A DNA stretch of 64,000 nucleotides from a virus. Each line of letters opens with the position of its first letter. The stretch's first letter is position 1. Positions 1-9,693 of this stretch are shown piece after piece. Both the position numbers and the translations under genes were made by a program. Below the pieces are notes generated by a model. That model searched no databases, was not told where the DNA came from, and saw only the letters and a list, made by a program, of their open reading frames with translations. The stretch lies in IMG/VR virus record IMGVR_UViG_3300018080_005419; one strand, 5' to 3'.

Positions 1-2
1 TT

Positions 3-560
3 CTTGAAAATCATGAATATCGCAGACTGTTGAGGAAATATCAAGATGCATTACTTTATATGGAAGAGAAATTCCTTAAAGGAGATAGAAGATATGATGA
101 ATCTAACGCTGCACACATCAATATTGAATTTTCAGACCTTTTAGAAGAAGTTGACGAATCTTTGGTTCCTTATAATTCGTCAAAACACATTTACAATATT
201 CCTGCTGTCCTTGCTGTTATGTTATATATTTTCTATATTTCCGATGAAGATACAAGAAAGGCAAAGCAGTTTTGGAAAATGCTCATTGACAGTTATTCTA
301 CAGGATTGAATAAGAAGGATCCTATTTGTTATATGATGCTCAAACTTAATGAAAAATTAACATCATATGATGCTAATAAAAAATCCCCTATTCCTAAGAT
401 CAATAAAAAAGAACCAGGAGCGAGTGTTTGTCACAGGGCTCTTTCATATATGGTCGCCAGAGCATGGAATGGATTTATTTTGAATGATCCGGTTAGAGTG
501 TTTAAATATGAAAGAAATCAGGAAATTTTATTCCCAGTACATCCGTCAGAAGAGGAATAA
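3..560 (+). CDS. Hypothetical protein, 5'-truncated by window edge
   Basis: Frame is open from position 3 (LENHEYRRLLRKYQ...) to TAA at 560; no family recognised. Confidence 0.7.
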   Translation, partial: LENHEYRRLLRKYQDALLYMEEKFLKGDRRYDESNAAHINIEFSDLLEEVDESLVPYNSSKHIYNIPAVLAVMLYIFYISDEDTRKAKQFWKMLIDSYSTGLNKKDPICYMMLKLNEKLTSYDANKKSPIPKINKKEPGASVCHRALSYMVARAWNGFILNDPVRVFKYERNQEILFPVHPSEEE

Positions 561-631
561 AATATAGCATCAATATTGTTCTTAATGATGGATAGACTTG
601 TTCATTTGGATGGTTGAGGAGACACATAAAA

Positions 632-826
632 ATGGATGTATTAAAATCTCATCTAAATTATTATTTGGAATTAGTCGATAAAGAAACATTAAAACAAACC
701 ATCAAGAAAATGTTTGATGATGTTGAATGTATTTTTGAACATTATGGCGCAGACCATGATTTAGATATTGAAATTTTTAAAAGAACAATTATCGATGAAC
801 TAAGAAAAAGTCCTATTCGGTTTTGA
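632..826 (+). CDS. Hypothetical protein
   Basis: GAGGAG RBS at ~616-621, ATG at 632 (ORF track starts at 614). Confidence 0.65.
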   Translation: MDVLKSHLNYYLELVDKETLKQTIKKMFDDVECIFEHYGADHDLDIEIFKRTIIDELRKSPIRF

Positions 827-836
827 AGGAATAATA

Positions 837-1046
837 ATGCCAAGGAAACAATCTTATAACAATAAATTATGGCAACAAATTTTAACCAAAATGTCTGAAT
901 ATTCTGTAGAAGAAATAGATATGATGTGCGGTGCCTATAGATATAAACAAAAAGAAAATGAAGCTAGGAAACAAAGAGCCAAAGAAGAACGACAAAGAAA
1001 AGAAGAAGAAAGAAGAGTGAAAAGAGAAAATAAAAACAAAATATAA
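837..1046 (+). CDS. Small basic coiled-coil hypothetical protein
   Basis: ORF with AAGGA RBS; K/R/E-rich C-terminus. Confidence 0.65.
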   Translation: MPRKQSYNNKLWQQILTKMSEYSVEEIDMMCGAYRYKQKENEARKQRAKEERQRKEEERRVKRENKNKI

Positions 1047-1074
1047 ATAAATGTTTTCTTAATACAGAAAAGGC

Positions 1075-1106
1075 AAAAGCCCCTATTTTAGAATAGGGGC
1101 TTTTTT
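1075..1106. terminator. Bidirectional intrinsic terminator
   Basis: AAAAGCCCCTATT-ttag-AATAGGGGCTTTT perfect 13-bp stem between convergent genes. Confidence 0.85.
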
Positions 1107-1128
1107 ATTGTTGGCACTCCATAATTGC

Positions 1129-1311
1129 CTATTTTTTATCTACTTTCTTTTTGCACTTAACACAGTATTTAGTCTGATCTAAGACCTTGGTTCCACAATC
1201 AGGACACGGAAAGGTCTTAGCAGCAACTTCGATTCTTTGTCCAGTAAGATCTGACAAATACTGAATTGCTTCTTCTTCGCTGGCAAAAATAAGTTCTTTT
1301 TCTTCTGACAT
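1129..1311 (-). CDS. Leader-module protein with C-terminal zinc ribbon
   Basis: N-terminal LIFASEEEAIQYLSDLTGQRIEVAA module, then CPDC...CVKC; GAAGGGAG RBS. Confidence 0.8.
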   Translation of the reverse strand: MSEEKELIFASEEEAIQYLSDLTGQRIEVAAKTFPCPDCGTKVLDQTKYCVKCKKKVDKK

Positions 1312-1444
1312 TGCTTTAGCTCCCTTCTCAAAAATAAAAAAGACAAATACTAATAAAGGACAAAATATAAAGAAAATTAAAAGTTCTCTAATTTAATTTT
1401 ATAATTTTGCATATTATGTAGCAATTCTTATAAAGGAGAAAACT

Positions 1445-1729
1445 ATGCGTGATTTGATAACGTTAATACTGAGTCTTGCAAAATTCTTCTATTATCTATT
1501 TTGGCCTTTGATTAAATTATTTGAATTAACCCTTCCTTTTTGGATTTTTGTTTGGAAAATAGCTAGATATCTTAATCCATTTTTGTGGTGGTGCGCTTTG
1601 GTTCATGGTGTTGAATGGAGAATTGTCGGATATATGATGCCTTATGGAATTGGTGGAGGATATGATAGAGAAGGATATTATTGTCAAGAATGCGATAAAT
1701 TATATTGCGGGAGAGATTCGGAGAAATAA
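1445..1729 (+). CDS. Membrane protein with C-terminal CxxC motif
   Basis: AAGGAG RBS; hydrophobic aromatic N-terminal half; CQEC...C. Confidence 0.65.
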   Translation: MRDLITLILSLAKFFYYLFWPLIKLFELTLPFWIFVWKIARYLNPFLWWCALVHGVEWRIVGYMMPYGIGGGYDREGYYCQECDKLYCGRDSEK

Positions 1730-1730
1730 A

Positions 1731-1907
1731 ATGAGAATAGAATTTAAGAAGACTAACTGTGTTAAATGCGGCTCTGAAATATGGAAAATGTTTCCTTATA
1801 ATCAAGAAGAACTGAATAAAACTATTTGCAGTATTTGCGAAGAACCCAATAAAGAATTGCCACCTATTATCTTTAAAGGATATCGAAGCAATGTTAATGA
1901 AAAATAG
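1731..1907 (+). CDS. Zinc-ribbon protein
   Basis: ATG at 1731 directly after the previous stop; CVKC...CSIC. Confidence 0.65.
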   Translation: MRIEFKKTNCVKCGSEIWKMFPYNQEELNKTICSICEEPNKELPPIIFKGYRSNVNEK

Positions 1908-2071
1908 AGACATACAAAAAGAAGAGTGGATCAAAGATATGATTGTTAAACATATACAAAACAATCCAGGAATAGACCCTTTAGATATAGCAAACGATCT
2001 TGATATTCCTCTTATTCGGGCAGTCAATCTTTTGACATACTCCCACGACTTAAGATCGTGGGATTCTTGGC

Positions 2072-3226
2072 TTAAGCGATACTAGCTGTCCGAAAGGACA
2101 GTCTTACGGTATCTAGGCCAGCAGAAGATGCCCCTTCTGCATAAATATTAAAACTAGCGTTCCGATCTCTGTCTAATTCAGTTTTACAACTAGGGCATAT
2201 CCAACTTCTGTCTTTTAACGTTAATCCTTCATTCTTATACCCACATACATAGCATTGTTTAGTAGATGGAAAGAAGCGATTGATTTTATGCACTGTCTTA
2301 AGATATTCTTCGGCTTTAAAGCTCAAAATCTGCATAAACTGATAAAATCCTAAATCGCTTACTTTTCTTCCATATTGTTTTTGCAGCCATTTGATGTTTA
2401 AATCTTCGAAAAACATATAATCATAACTTCGAACTAAAGCTAAAGCTAGTTTAAAATGGAAATCTTTTCTTTTGTTAGTTATCTTTCTATGCATCCTAGC
2501 TAACTTCAATCTAGCTTTTTCTTTATTTCTACTTCCATCTTTCTTTTTAGACAAAGATCTGTTTAACTTCTTTATTCTTCTAATGTCCCTTTTAAAAAAC
2601 AAAGGGGATTTTATATCTTTGTAATCGCTAGATGTTAGAAAGGTTTTCAACCCAAAGTCAAATCCTGCGCTTTTACCCGTCATGAATTTGTCTTTTTCTG
2701 GGCTGTCTTCTAAGACTAACGATATACAAAGCCAAAGATCACCTAAACTATCTCTCTTTATCGTTACTGTTTTTACTTCTCCTTTCGTTTCTCTTGATTT
2801 AGAATACTTATAAATACTCTTCTTTATTTTGATTTTGTTTCCTTCCAGGAATTTATATCCTGCTTGTTTAAGCGTAAATGATTTGTATTTTTTAACCTTT
2901 TTAAACGAAGGAGGGCTACATTTTATTTTCTTTTTGTGCAGTTTAAAAAACAGCTTGTATGCTTTGTCTATACGTTCAGTTATATCTTGAACTGATTGAC
3001 TTGGAATAACCTTAAGATATTTAAATCTTTCTATATTGCTGTTTCTAAGTTTTTTAATATGCTTTTGCAGCTTGTTTTTATCAAGATATTTTCCGTAGAG
3101 TTTATAGTATTTTTTATGCAATGCTATGCAATGATTATACAAAATTCCTGTACAATCAATTGTCTGCATAAGAAAACAATTTCTCTTATGCTTATACAAT
3201 TTATATTTATACGTTCTTCTCTGCAT
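2072..3226 (-). CDS. tnpB: RNA-guided endonuclease TnpB
   Basis: HTH N-terminus; RuvC motifs GFDFG, FEDL, DRDRNA; Zn finger CYVC...CPSC. Confidence 0.95.
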   Translation of the reverse strand: MQRRTYKYKLYKHKRNCFLMQTIDCTGILYNHCIALHKKYYKLYGKYLDKNKLQKHIKKLRNSNIERFKYLKVIPSQSVQDITERIDKAYKLFFKLHKKKIKCSPPSFKKVKKYKSFTLKQAGYKFLEGNKIKIKKSIYKYSKSRETKGEVKTVTIKRDSLGDLWLCISLVLEDSPEKDKFMTGKSAGFDFGLKTFLTSSDYKDIKSPLFFKRDIRRIKKLNRSLSKKKDGSRNKEKARLKLARMHRKITNKRKDFHFKLALALVRSYDYMFFEDLNIKWLQKQYGRKVSDLGFYQFMQILSFKAEEYLKTVHKINRFFPSTKQCYVCGYKNEGLTLKDRSWICPSCKTELDRDRNASFNIYAEGASSAGLDTVRLSFRTASIA

Positions 3227-3229
3227 AAA

Positions 3230-3628
3230 TTATTTGTTTTTCTGATCGTCTATATACTTCTGAATTGTTTCTTCAGAAATATGTCCAACGGACTCACAAT
3301 AATAACTTCTTGTCCAAAGACAAGGAAGTCTGCTTTTTAAAGAATTAAACTCTTTTCTTAAATTTCTAGAAGAATATCCCTTTAATTGTTGAACTATAAA
3401 ATGAGGACTGTCAACAGGAGTAGCTTTTACAAAGAGATGAACATGTTCAGGCATAACTTCCATAGAAAGAATTTGAACACTTAGCTCTTTGGCTTTTTCT
3501 TTTAATAATTGTTTCAATCTTTTTTCAATATCATCAACAAAAACAGGTCTTCTATATTTAGAACACCAAATAAAATGATAGCCTATGTTGTAAACACAAG
3601 TTTTGCTAGTTGTCCATCTCTTTTCCAT
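3230..3628 (-). CDS. tnpA: Y1 HUH transposase TnpA
   Basis: YHFIWCSKYRR, PEHVHLF (HUH), LWTRSYYCESVG, YI (catalytic Tyr). Confidence 0.95.
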   Translation of the reverse strand: MEKRWTTSKTCVYNIGYHFIWCSKYRRPVFVDDIEKRLKQLLKEKAKELSVQILSMEVMPEHVHLFVKATPVDSPHFIVQQLKGYSSRNLRKEFNSLKSRLPCLWTRSYYCESVGHISEETIQKYIDDQKNK

Positions 3629-3786
3629 GTTGTTTATTTTATTCTATAAATAGTCATTTGTCAAATAAATATTTAATTAAATCTGTTCGCTCTCATCCCA
3701 CGACTAAAGTCGTGGGCTTTCCCGCTCAGTTGTCGTAAAAGATTTAATTCGCGAAGGAAAAATAGATTGGATAGAGGAGTAGAGCT

Positions 3787-4254
3787 ATGCCATATTTTTA
3801 TTTCCCAAGAGAAGAAAACTTAAGACCTCTAAGCAATATAGAAGTCATAACAATGCAAGCTTGTTTAGGCAAGTTAGACGATAAGAAATTACCTTGGTCA
3901 TACGAGATAGAAACTTATAAATTTAGATATTTTGAAGATAAGGGTATGACACTCGACAACGGAATTATGGGATATACGAGATTTTTCAGCAAAGATATTC
4001 TATTATCGCCAAATGTTGTTAAGGGACTGCTATGGACAGACAATCAAGGAATTCCAAATAATGAACAATCTATAAGCATAGTTGTCCATGAATTAACTCA
4101 TAGAAATCAAATGAAATGGTTAGGTGGGTTGCTGTGGCCGTTTTTAAATATGTTTGGAGTTGCTGATCTAACAATAGAAAAATGGGCACGAGAAAACGAA
4201 CAGTGTGCCCTTAATGATCTTGCTAAAATATATAGAGAAGAAAGAGAAGGTTAA
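3787..4254 (+). CDS. Zincin-like metallopeptidase-fold protein
   Basis: VVHELTH (HExxH) followed by a downstream Glu (EKWARENE). Confidence 0.55.
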   Translation: MPYFYFPREENLRPLSNIEVITMQACLGKLDDKKLPWSYEIETYKFRYFEDKGMTLDNGIMGYTRFFSKDILLSPNVVKGLLWTDNQGIPNNEQSISIVVHELTHRNQMKWLGGLLWPFLNMFGVADLTIEKWARENEQCALNDLAKIYREEREG

Positions 4255-4871
4255 GAAATAGGCAAATCAAGAGCTTTCCAGCCAGCTACCGGAATTCCTT
4301 CAACAGGGCTAATTCCCATCCCATATTTTAAAGTAACCACATTATATCCTAAAAGCCTTAAAAGAGTCATAGTTTGGCTTGCTGTATGTCCAACATAGCA
4401 AATTAATACAATGGTTTTATCTTTAGGTAATTTTTCTAGGTTTTCAGGCTTAAATAAATCTAACCAAAATATATTAATTGTTCCTTCAATATGTCCTTTT
4501 TGAAAATCATCTGGTTTTCGAATATCCAATAAGAAAAGATCATCGGTTTGGTCGTTATCTATTTTCTTTTTAAGATCTTCAGGAGTAATATAATTCCAAT
4601 TTTTGTCTACTTTGGATATGTATTGAGATATCTTATCTTCCATTTTATTAGTAGATTGAGCTTGATCTGTGGCTAGCTCATAAAAAACAGACTCAAGATC
4701 ATGCACATCATATCCATTTTCTTCTGCCCATTTATGAACTACTGGATCTTTTGGATTTGGATTATCTTGGAGAAATTTTTTAACCTCTTCTTTTGAAGGA
4801 GATTCCTTAGCAATTTTCAGTTTGCTAAGTTTTTCGGCAATTTTTGCAATTCTGTTTATATTTTTGTTCAT
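4251..4871 (-). CDS. Rhodanese-domain protein with RIA-type leader
   Basis: LLDIRKPDDFQKGHIEGTINI and VLICYVGHTAS active-site loop; N-terminus RIAKIAEKLSKLKIA. Confidence 0.85.
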   Translation of the reverse strand: MNKNINRIAKIAEKLSKLKIAKESPSKEEVKKFLQDNPNPKDPVVHKWAEENGYDVHDLESVFYELATDQAQSTNKMEDKISQYISKVDKNWNYITPEDLKKKIDNDQTDDLFLLDIRKPDDFQKGHIEGTINIFWLDLFKPENLEKLPKDKTIVLICYVGHTASQTMTLLRLLGYNVVTLKYGMGISPVEGIPVAGWKALDLPIS

Positions 4872-4887
4872 CTATGTTCTTAAAATA

Positions 4888-4920
4888 AGAGCCCCATATT
4901 TGATTAGAATACAGGGCTCT
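4888..4920. terminator. Possible terminator hairpin
   Basis: AGAGCCC...GGGCTCT inverted repeat with a long loop, between genes. Confidence 0.45.
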
Positions 4921-4943
4921 GAGAAAATATCTAAAAATTCCTC

Positions 4944-5189
4944 TTATGCAGTACGAGAACCAAGCTGACCACTGGCATAAGCACCACCACCAAGACCCTG
5001 TGCTGCCTGTGTAGGAGTTTTGCCTCCGTAACGATGAGCAACTACCAGGAACTTTGCCGTGTCATCCTCTACCAACGGAGAAGCGCATTCCGAGTTAAAA
5101 GCTGCATTTCTTTGGATTCCATATTTTCTTTCCCTTGCATGAATAGGATCATTAGGGATTGCTGGGGTTACGCCTACAGGGACTGCCAT
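4944..5189 (-). CDS. Small Gly/Ala-rich hypothetical protein (possible virion protein)
   Basis: AGGAGG RBS; GC-richer codons; conserved upstream motif. Confidence 0.7.
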   Translation of the reverse strand: MAVPVGVTPAIPNDPIHARERKYGIQRNAAFNSECASPLVEDDTAKFLVVAHRYGGKTPTQAAQGLGGGAYASGQLGSRTA

Positions 5190-5257
5190 TGTGATATCCT
5201 CCTAAAAAACTAAACTAAAAACACTCTCTACAATAAAGAAAATCTATTTAAAAATTA

Positions 5258-5725
5258 TCAATCCTTTTTTGGTCTGACAGCAATCGATATGTGAAATTCG
5301 TGATTGCCCTTCATCAGCGGAGTTAAACCGTATTTCTCCCGTAACTTCTCTAATTGTGGGCTTTTACATTGAATAAACCACACCTTTTCCATTTCGTCCC
5401 AACCTTCTGGATCACAAGACTCAACAGAAGAAATAGCATATTCAAATTCTTGCCCAACTTCTTCAATTGGACCTACTTTTTCTACTTCCTCATCCGTCAT
5501 TACTGAAATGTGAGGATCGTAGTCTGGTGGTTTTTCCATGTCTTCTTCGTAAATCGTTTCATATATATTATTTACAAAATCTTTAGGGACAGTTAAAATT
5601 GCATAACTTCCCTTTTTGTTTTGCACTTTTAATTTGCCCTTCATAGGAACTGCAGGATATTCAGTTACAGTATTTCCTGCAAGAACCATATTAGCTATTC
5701 GAATTATTCTTCTAAAATCGGACAT
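5258..5725 (-). CDS. 2H phosphoesterase-family protein with RIA-type leader
   Basis: Two HxS motifs (PHISV, FHISI) about 75 aa apart; N-terminus RRIIRIANMVLA. Confidence 0.7.
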   Translation of the reverse strand: MSDFRRIIRIANMVLAGNTVTEYPAVPMKGKLKVQNKKGSYAILTVPKDFVNNIYETIYEEDMEKPPDYDPHISVMTDEEVEKVGPIEEVGQEFEYAISSVESCDPEGWDEMEKVWFIQCKSPQLEKLREKYGLTPLMKGNHEFHISIAVRPKKD

Positions 5726-5727
5726 TT

Positions 5728-6144
5728 TTAGCCTTTAAGAAGTTCATTATATTTGGCTTCTGCTTGTGCCATACTATCAAAGTAATAAGCTTCTTTTGGT
5801 TTCCATTTATCATCTTTGAGAACATAAACTTCTGTCTCAAACATATCGTCTTCTCTTTCGATTACAACCTTTCTTGTTTCTGAAGTTTGAGTCTCTTTGA
5901 CGTATTTCTCTTCACCCTCGCTAGATTCTTCCTCTTCTTTGCTGGATTCTTCTTCCTTTGTCTCCTCTTCCTCTTTTTCTTCAGAAGTTTTAGAAAAAGG
6001 ACACTCATCTGTCTCAGAGTTTGGTCCTGTACCATCTGGAATACCTGGGCCCAACTTTGAACCAGCAATATAAACCTTTTGTTCTAACAAATCAGCTAAG
6101 TATTGTAGAGCTTCTTTTTCGGTGGCAAATCGTAGCTCATTCAT
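5728..6144 (-). CDS. Leader-module acidic protein
   Basis: LRFATEKEALQYLADLLEQKVYIAG; GPGIPDGTGP; Glu-rich linker. Confidence 0.8.
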   Translation of the reverse strand: MNELRFATEKEALQYLADLLEQKVYIAGSKLGPGIPDGTGPNSETDECPFSKTSEEKEEEETKEEESSKEEEESSEGEEKYVKETQTSETRKVVIEREDDMFETEVYVLKDDKWKPKEAYYFDSMAQAEAKYNELLKG

Positions 6145-6255
6145 TTTTTCATCTCCTTAATACAATAACAAAAAATTAACACTCTATATAATAGCAAATA
6201 TATAGAGAAAATTTCAAAATTTAAGATGTATTGTTGAAAATTATGAGGTAAGAAA

Positions 6256-7647
6256 TTATTTAATAATTATTCGTTTGCCTGTTAGATTGGATAAATATTG
6301 TAGTGCATCGTTAATAGAAGCCATTTCAAACATTTTTTGTTGCCCTTTGGACTCGGCTAATTCTCTAAAAGGATCAGGATATTTTTCTTTAAGTCTTTGT
6401 TTGTCAGGATGTTTGCTAAGTTCATCTATGTTTATTTTTTGATTTGTCATTAATTTGAATTCTAATGGATCTTTAACTAAATCTTCTGCATAATCAGGAC
6501 CATATTCATTAAAAATATATTGTAAAGTTGGAATATCTTCTTTAAATCCTTCAGTCAAAAGTTTAACAATTGGTTTCATTTCACTTTCTGTCATTTTTGT
6601 ATTGCCAGCATTATTAAATTCAATACCCTGTCCTGTTCCTGGAATTGGTATTTGCATATATTCACCATCATCATCATAATAAATTTGTTCCAGATTTTCT
6701 TTTATTTCGCTTTCGTCAGGCTCATATTCTTCTATTAGTTCATCTTTAACCTCATCTACTTCTTCAGGATGATCTTCTATCCATTCCTCAAAAGTATATT
6801 CTTCCTCTTCTCCTTCTTCTAGTTCTGCTTTTTCACTCTCTCTGTATTCTAAATAATCATCATATCTGTCTTGTAATTTTTGATCAATATCATATTCATC
6901 AGGTTCGTAATGTTCTTTCAACCTCTCAATAACTCCATCTTCATAATCATATCCATAGTTATTTAACCATTCATCAAAATCTATTTTTTCTGTTTCTAGC
7001 ATTCCTTCTACATTCAAAAGTGCATATAATTTATTCCCTTTAGTAATAAGATAAAATGGAGGATCATATCTACGAAACCAATCTTCATCTCGAACACACC
7101 ATTTACCAGCTTGAATCGTATCAAAAGTCTCATCATAATCATCTATTCTAAACAATCTATATTTACCGTTAGATGATAATAACTTTTCATCCATATGACT
7201 AAATAAATCTTCTAGTCTGGGACGTTTATTTTTAAGATTTTCCATAAAATTAGATAGTCCCCTCAAGCCTCTTTCTATAATGTGTTTCATTTTATTTTCG
7301 TTCATTACTTCTGGAACTTGTTTTTGCTTCATAGACATGTATTCTTTTAAAATGGGCTTAGCTTCATCAAGTTCTTCTGGTTTAACTTTATCCTTTTTAA
7401 TCCATTCAATAAGCTGTTTTATAAATTTACCGTCAATTCTTGTATTTTCATCTAACTTTGCAGGTGGGTTTTTAACAGTGGGGTCAGCTTGTATAATTCT
7501 TAAAAATAAGTCGTCAGAATATTTGTCTTCTAACATCTTTTGGCCAAGTTCCATTGTGAATTTCTTGGCAATAATAATTCTACTATCAGTTAATTCTGCT
7601 AGATATTGTATAGCATCAAATTCAGAAGAAAATCTTAATCTTGACAT
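6256..7647 (-). CDS. Acidic protein with leader module at both termini and a 'KWCV' domain
   Basis: N-terminal LRFSSEFDAIQYLAELTDSRIIIA; C-terminal MASINDALQYLSNLTGKRIIIK; paralogous to 11642-13267. Confidence 0.85.
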   Translation of the reverse strand: MSRLRFSSEFDAIQYLAELTDSRIIIAKKFTMELGQKMLEDKYSDDLFLRIIQADPTVKNPPAKLDENTRIDGKFIKQLIEWIKKDKVKPEELDEAKPILKEYMSMKQKQVPEVMNENKMKHIIERGLRGLSNFMENLKNKRPRLEDLFSHMDEKLLSSNGKYRLFRIDDYDETFDTIQAGKWCVRDEDWFRRYDPPFYLITKGNKLYALLNVEGMLETEKIDFDEWLNNYGYDYEDGVIERLKEHYEPDEYDIDQKLQDRYDDYLEYRESEKAELEEGEEEEYTFEEWIEDHPEEVDEVKDELIEEYEPDESEIKENLEQIYYDDDGEYMQIPIPGTGQGIEFNNAGNTKMTESEMKPIVKLLTEGFKEDIPTLQYIFNEYGPDYAEDLVKDPLEFKLMTNQKINIDELSKHPDKQRLKEKYPDPFRELAESKGQQKMFEMASINDALQYLSNLTGKRIIIK

Positions 7648-7718
7648 TTTAAACTGACTCCTTTCTCTATTAGTTTTAGGAAATTATAAAATTTTTCTGA
7701 AAATTCTTGGTTTCTGAC

Positions 7719-7746
7719 TTGTCTATGCAGATATGTCAGCTATAAT
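7719..7746 (+). promoter_or_regulatory. Sigma70-like promoter
   Basis: TTGTCT-16 bp-TATAAT upstream of the PcfJ-like gene. Confidence 0.5.
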
Positions 7747-7780
7747 AATCAAGACTACATATTGCATCCAGGACATATAA

Positions 7781-9112
7781 ATGACTATAACAAAACAAGA
7801 ACGAAGAAAATTTAAAAAAGAAATGGAGAGAAAAGAAGAGGAAATCAAAGCCTCTCTTGCCAGGAAAATCAAGCCTAAAAAATCCAATAAGGATGAAGAA
7901 ATTAAAGAGGTAGTCTATAATAAGTTTTGCGAACCCACTCGTAAATTTTGTTTAAATCATCCTCTATATTGCACTTACAGAAACATAAAATACGATCAAG
8001 ATAAAAAACTGTGGTATAAATATCAAAATCAAGCTCTTGAGAAACTACTTCATACCTGTTTTGATTTAGAATTAATGTATGATGAAAAATGCTGCAAATG
8101 TCTCCCAAAAATAGCACTTTATTGTCAAGACTGGATGCGAAACTTAGAAGACTGGAAACCCAAAACTCATAATAGACATCGACAAATTGCACATCTTTTG
8201 CGTTGGCTTTTTGTAAAATATGACATGCCACTTTTTATGGACACTGCATGGTACGAACAAAAGCAAAATAAATATATCTCTTGGTATATCGATATTGGAA
8301 AAGGAGGAAGTGTATATAAAACATTAAAGCCTTATAATATGACAAGAAAAATGGCTCACCTGTTTGTCCAGTCTCCTAAAGATCTTTCCATTACTGAAGC
8401 TTTGCGATGGACTCAAACTCTAGCATATGGAGGCGATCAAAAAATTGCTCATGCTATTGTCAAAAGTGAACTGCCCATATTGGATCTGAAATTCCCATTT
8501 TGGATGGAGCTAATTCATTTGTTTGCTAGAAGCCCAATGATGGATGCGGCACAAATTGGACCTGTTGTGGATTATGTCAGATTTCAAAAAGCACAAAATG
8601 ATGAATATACTTTAAAAGGGAGAACAATCAATTCTCTCATCAAGCACACAGAAGATTGGCATCAAGGATTAGTTAGAGAAAGAAGGGTCAAGGGGAAATG
8701 TTGGGAGGGCATATGTCTGCCTGATTGGAAACACATTGAAGGCAAAAGTCATCCTAATGAAGATGAAAATGCACTTAACAAAAAACAAACTGTATATAAA
8801 ATTGTACAGATTTTGAACGGAAAAGAATTAGCAGAAGAAGGTAGATCTATGTGCCATTGTGTTTATTCTTATAGCTATTCGTGCGAAAGAGGACAAAGCT
8901 CAATTTGGTCCTTAAGAAAAAATGCATGGGAAGAAGCACGGCAAGAAAGAGTAACTAGAAGACTTTTAACAATCGAAGTTAGAAATCGTGATAATACTAT
9001 ATCCCAAGTAAGAGGAAAATATAACAGAACACCTAATGGTAAAGAGATTTTTTTGTTGAAAAAATGGGCTGAGGAAGCTAGACTTAGAATTAATGCTTTT
9101 GGAGTTAGATGA
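7781..9112 (+). CDS. PcfJ-domain protein
   Basis: C-terminal LAEEGRSMCHCVYSY...SIWSLR...LTIEV...QVRGKYNR, typical of PcfJ-like proteins. Confidence 0.85.
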   Translation: MTITKQERRKFKKEMERKEEEIKASLARKIKPKKSNKDEEIKEVVYNKFCEPTRKFCLNHPLYCTYRNIKYDQDKKLWYKYQNQALEKLLHTCFDLELMYDEKCCKCLPKIALYCQDWMRNLEDWKPKTHNRHRQIAHLLRWLFVKYDMPLFMDTAWYEQKQNKYISWYIDIGKGGSVYKTLKPYNMTRKMAHLFVQSPKDLSITEALRWTQTLAYGGDQKIAHAIVKSELPILDLKFPFWMELIHLFARSPMMDAAQIGPVVDYVRFQKAQNDEYTLKGRTINSLIKHTEDWHQGLVRERRVKGKCWEGICLPDWKHIEGKSHPNEDENALNKKQTVYKIVQILNGKELAEEGRSMCHCVYSYSYSCERGQSSIWSLRKNAWEEARQERVTRRLLTIEVRNRDNTISQVRGKYNRTPNGKEIFLLKKWAEEARLRINAFGVR

Positions 9113-9375
9113 AAAAGGGAGAGAACACGATGAAGGTCTTATTTGGTTTATGTACGATTGGTCCTGAATGTGAGGTGATAATGAAAGCTGGGCATGGAAA
9201 AGGAAGTGCCGCTATAAAAAATGTAAATACTGGCCAAGAAAAGATTATTATGATTCCGTTTATGGAAATAGGTGTAGATGAAGCACAAAATCAAGAAGAA
9301 GAACTTACATTGCTTAAAAAGGAATGTTATAAGCTTATTGATGATATACTAGAAGAAGCAGCACAGAAAGAATAA
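9109..9375 (+). CDS. Hypothetical protein
   Basis: ORF overlapping the previous stop (ATGA). Confidence 0.65.
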   Translation: MKKGENTMKVLFGLCTIGPECEVIMKAGHGKGSAAIKNVNTGQEKIIMIPFMEIGVDEAQNQEEELTLLKKECYKLIDDILEEAAQKE

Positions 9376-9378
9376 AGA

Positions 9379-9693
9379 ATGCCTATTTGTGCTTTATGCG
9401 ATAGAGATGTTGATGAAACAACTGAACATCATCTTATTCCGAAAACACGACATAAGAACAAGAAGAATAAGAAATTGTTTACAAGAGAAGAAGTTAAAGA
9501 GAGAAAAATATCCGTTTGTAGACCATGCCATGATAATATTCACGCTTTATTTTCAGAAAAAGTGTTGGCAAGAGAATATAATACTCTTGAAAAATTAGAG
9601 AATCATCCTAGTATTATCAAGTTCACAAATTGGATTAAAAATAAACCAATAGATACAAATATTCCAAACAGAAGAAATAAAGGAAGAAGATAA
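9379..9693 (+). CDS. HNH endonuclease-family protein
   Basis: CALC...TEHHLIP...CRPCHDNIH. Confidence 0.85.
   Translation: MPICALCDRDVDETTEHHLIPKTRHKNKKNKKLFTREEVKERKISVCRPCHDNIHALFSEKVLAREYNTLEKLENHPSIIKFTNWIKNKPIDTNIPNRRNKGRR

Larger units (their letters stand above)
2032..3734 (-). mobile_element. IS200/IS605-family element (IS608-like ends), tnpA+tnpB
   Basis: Minus strand: TTAC|GACAACTGAGCGGG-AAAG-CCCACGACTTTAGTCGTGGG (left end) ... GAAT-CCCACGATCTTAAGTCGTGGGA-GTATG-TCAA| (right end); subterminal hairpins at ~3697-3716 and 2041-2063. Confidence 0.92.
1891..3782 (+). pseudogene. Small winged-HTH gene interrupted by the IS; joining 2031 to 3735 restores ...DLDIPLIRAVNL|VKDLIREGKIDWIEE*
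   Basis: Removing 2032-3734 gives in-frame AAT CTT|GTA AAA GAT... to TAG at 3780-3782, completing an HTH-like sequence. Confidence 0.8.

Noticed and set aside
2032-3734. IStron (self-splicing IS) that would rescue the interrupted gene
   Set aside because: The element is antisense to the host gene and the space outside tnpA/tnpB is too small for a group I intron core.
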